A stretch of DNA of 26,895 nt from a virus (lineage: Duplodnaviria; Heunggongvirae; Uroviricota; Caudoviricetes): positions 1 through 26,895 of IMG/VR virus record IMGVR_UViG_648276657_000007, one strand, 5' to 3'. How positions within the stretch are numbered: position 1 is the stretch's first letter; each line of letters begins with the position of its first letter. Below, piece by piece: positions 25,915-26,895 of the stretch. Under the pieces are notes generated by a model that was given only the letters and a program-made list of their open reading frames with translations, was not told the origin of the DNA and ran no database searches. A program made the position numbers and the translations under genes.

Positions 25915-26895
25915 ATGTCAATTAAGAAGCTCGATGATGGACGCTATGAAGTGGACATTAGACCTCGCGGTCGCGACGGAAAACGCATCCGCAGGAAATT
26001 TGAAAGAAAAGCTGAGGCTGTAGCATTTGAGCGATACACAATCGCCTACGCCAGCCAGAAAGAATGGGCAGGTCAGCGAGCAGATCGCAGAACTTTGAGT
26101 GAGTTGCTGGACATCTGGTGGAAATATCACGGGCAAAACCACGAGCATGGAACAAAAGAGTTTAATCATCTGCTCAAAACCATCAGCGGCATAGGTGATA
26201 TACCAGTGAGCCGGATGAGCAAAAGAGCTTTGATGGATTATCGTTCCATGCGACTACGTGATGGTATCAGTGCCGCAACGATAAACCGTGACATGTACCG
26301 ATTATCCGGCATGTTCACAAAATTAATTCAATTGGATGAATTTTCCGGGCAACACCCAATTCACGGACTGCCGCCACTGGCGGAGGCCAACCCTGAAATG
26401 ACGTTCCTGGAAAAAGCAGAAATCGAAAAACTGTTAAATGTTTTGGATGGTGATGACTTACTTGTCGCACTTTTATGTCTGAGCACTGGAGGAAGATGGA
26501 CGGAAGTTGCCACGCTAAAACCAGCACAGATTACAAATTGCAGGGTTACCTTCCTGAAAACCAAAAACGGTAAAAAGCGAACCGTGCCGATTTCTGAGGA
26601 ACTGGAGAAAAAAGTTAAAGAGGAGGCCAGCGCTAAATTATTCAAAGTTGATTATGAGAAGTTTTGCGGGATTTTACGCAGAGTGAAGCCAGATATACCA
26701 CCCAATCAGGCAACCCACATCCTGCGGCATACATTCGCAAGCCATTTCATGATGAATGGGGGCAATATAATCGCACTGCAACAGATTCTGGGACATGCGA
26801 GCATTCAGCAGACGATGGCCTATGCGCACCTTGCGCCTGACTACCTGCAAAATGCCGTCGCACTGAATCCTCTAAAAGGCGGAGTGACGTTATAA
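25915..26895 (+). CDS. int: Tyrosine integrase (P2 Int-family)
   Basis: Start chosen at MSIKKLDDGRYEVDIRPRGRDGKRIRRKF (326 aa); conserved R...HxxR...Y residues in ATHILRHTFASHFMMNGGNIIALQQILGHASIQQTMAYAH; the stop is at the window end. Confidence 0.9.
   Translation: MSIKKLDDGRYEVDIRPRGRDGKRIRRKFERKAEAVAFERYTIAYASQKEWAGQRADRRTLSELLDIWWKYHGQNHEHGTKEFNHLLKTISGIGDIPVSRMSKRALMDYRSMRLRDGISAATINRDMYRLSGMFTKLIQLDEFSGQHPIHGLPPLAEANPEMTFLEKAEIEKLLNVLDGDDLLVALLCLSTGGRWTEVATLKPAQITNCRVTFLKTKNGKKRTVPISEELEKKVKEEASAKLFKVDYEKFCGILRRVKPDIPPNQATHILRHTFASHFMMNGGNIIALQQILGHASIQQTMAYAHLAPDYLQNAVALNPLKGGVTL

Larger units (their letters stand above)
1..26895. mobile_element. P2-like prophage, partial: runs from the Z/fun-position cargo island through the late genes, cos and early genes to int; FI-FII-E-T-U-D-ogr side and the int-proximal att site lie outside the window
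   Basis: Gene order and protein lengths match the P2 map (G,H,I,J,W,V,S,R,lysCBA,K,Y,X,L,M,N,O / P,Q / cos / A,B,cox / C,int); P2 19-nt cos sequence present at 18075..18093. Confidence 0.9.

Noticed and set aside
26800-26895. Phage attachment site or tRNA gene next to the integrase
   Set aside because: The window ends exactly at the int stop codon. The att core and any target tRNA would lie outside, and no tRNA-like sequence is visible inside the window.

Overview
The window is most of a P2-like temperate myovirus prophage of the kind found in Escherichia and Salmonella, with two AT-rich cargo islands sitting at the two classic P2 variable 'hotspots'. The backbone, read left to right, is: tail-fibre genes G and H, baseplate I/J/W/V, tail completion S/R, the lysis cassette (lysC nested in lysB, lysA, endolysin K, holin Y), X, L, terminase small subunit M, capsid N and scaffold O (all minus strand); then the divergent P-Q terminase/portal operon, an intrinsic terminator and the cos site; then the early region on the minus strand (A, four small ORFs, B, cox) and the immunity switch with C repressor and integrase at the right edge. 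All backbone genes look full length. Island 1 (1-3776, downstream of G, the Z/fun position) carries an OLD-family ATPase-TOPRIM protein and, divergently, a translationally coupled two-gene module: a minimal 145-aa DAC-fold (diadenylate-cyclase-like) protein with degenerate catalytic motifs plus a 197-aa two-transmembrane-helix protein. I consider this pair the best candidate for an undescribed nucleotide-signalling defence system. Island 2 (18094-21095, between cos and gene A, the tin/old position) carries a Dam-family adenine methyltransferase and a large ParB-N-domain protein flanked by strong palindromes, a possible unconventional restriction-modification or defence pair. All homology statements rest on reading the translations and on recalled P2 protein sequences and lengths; no database search was run.
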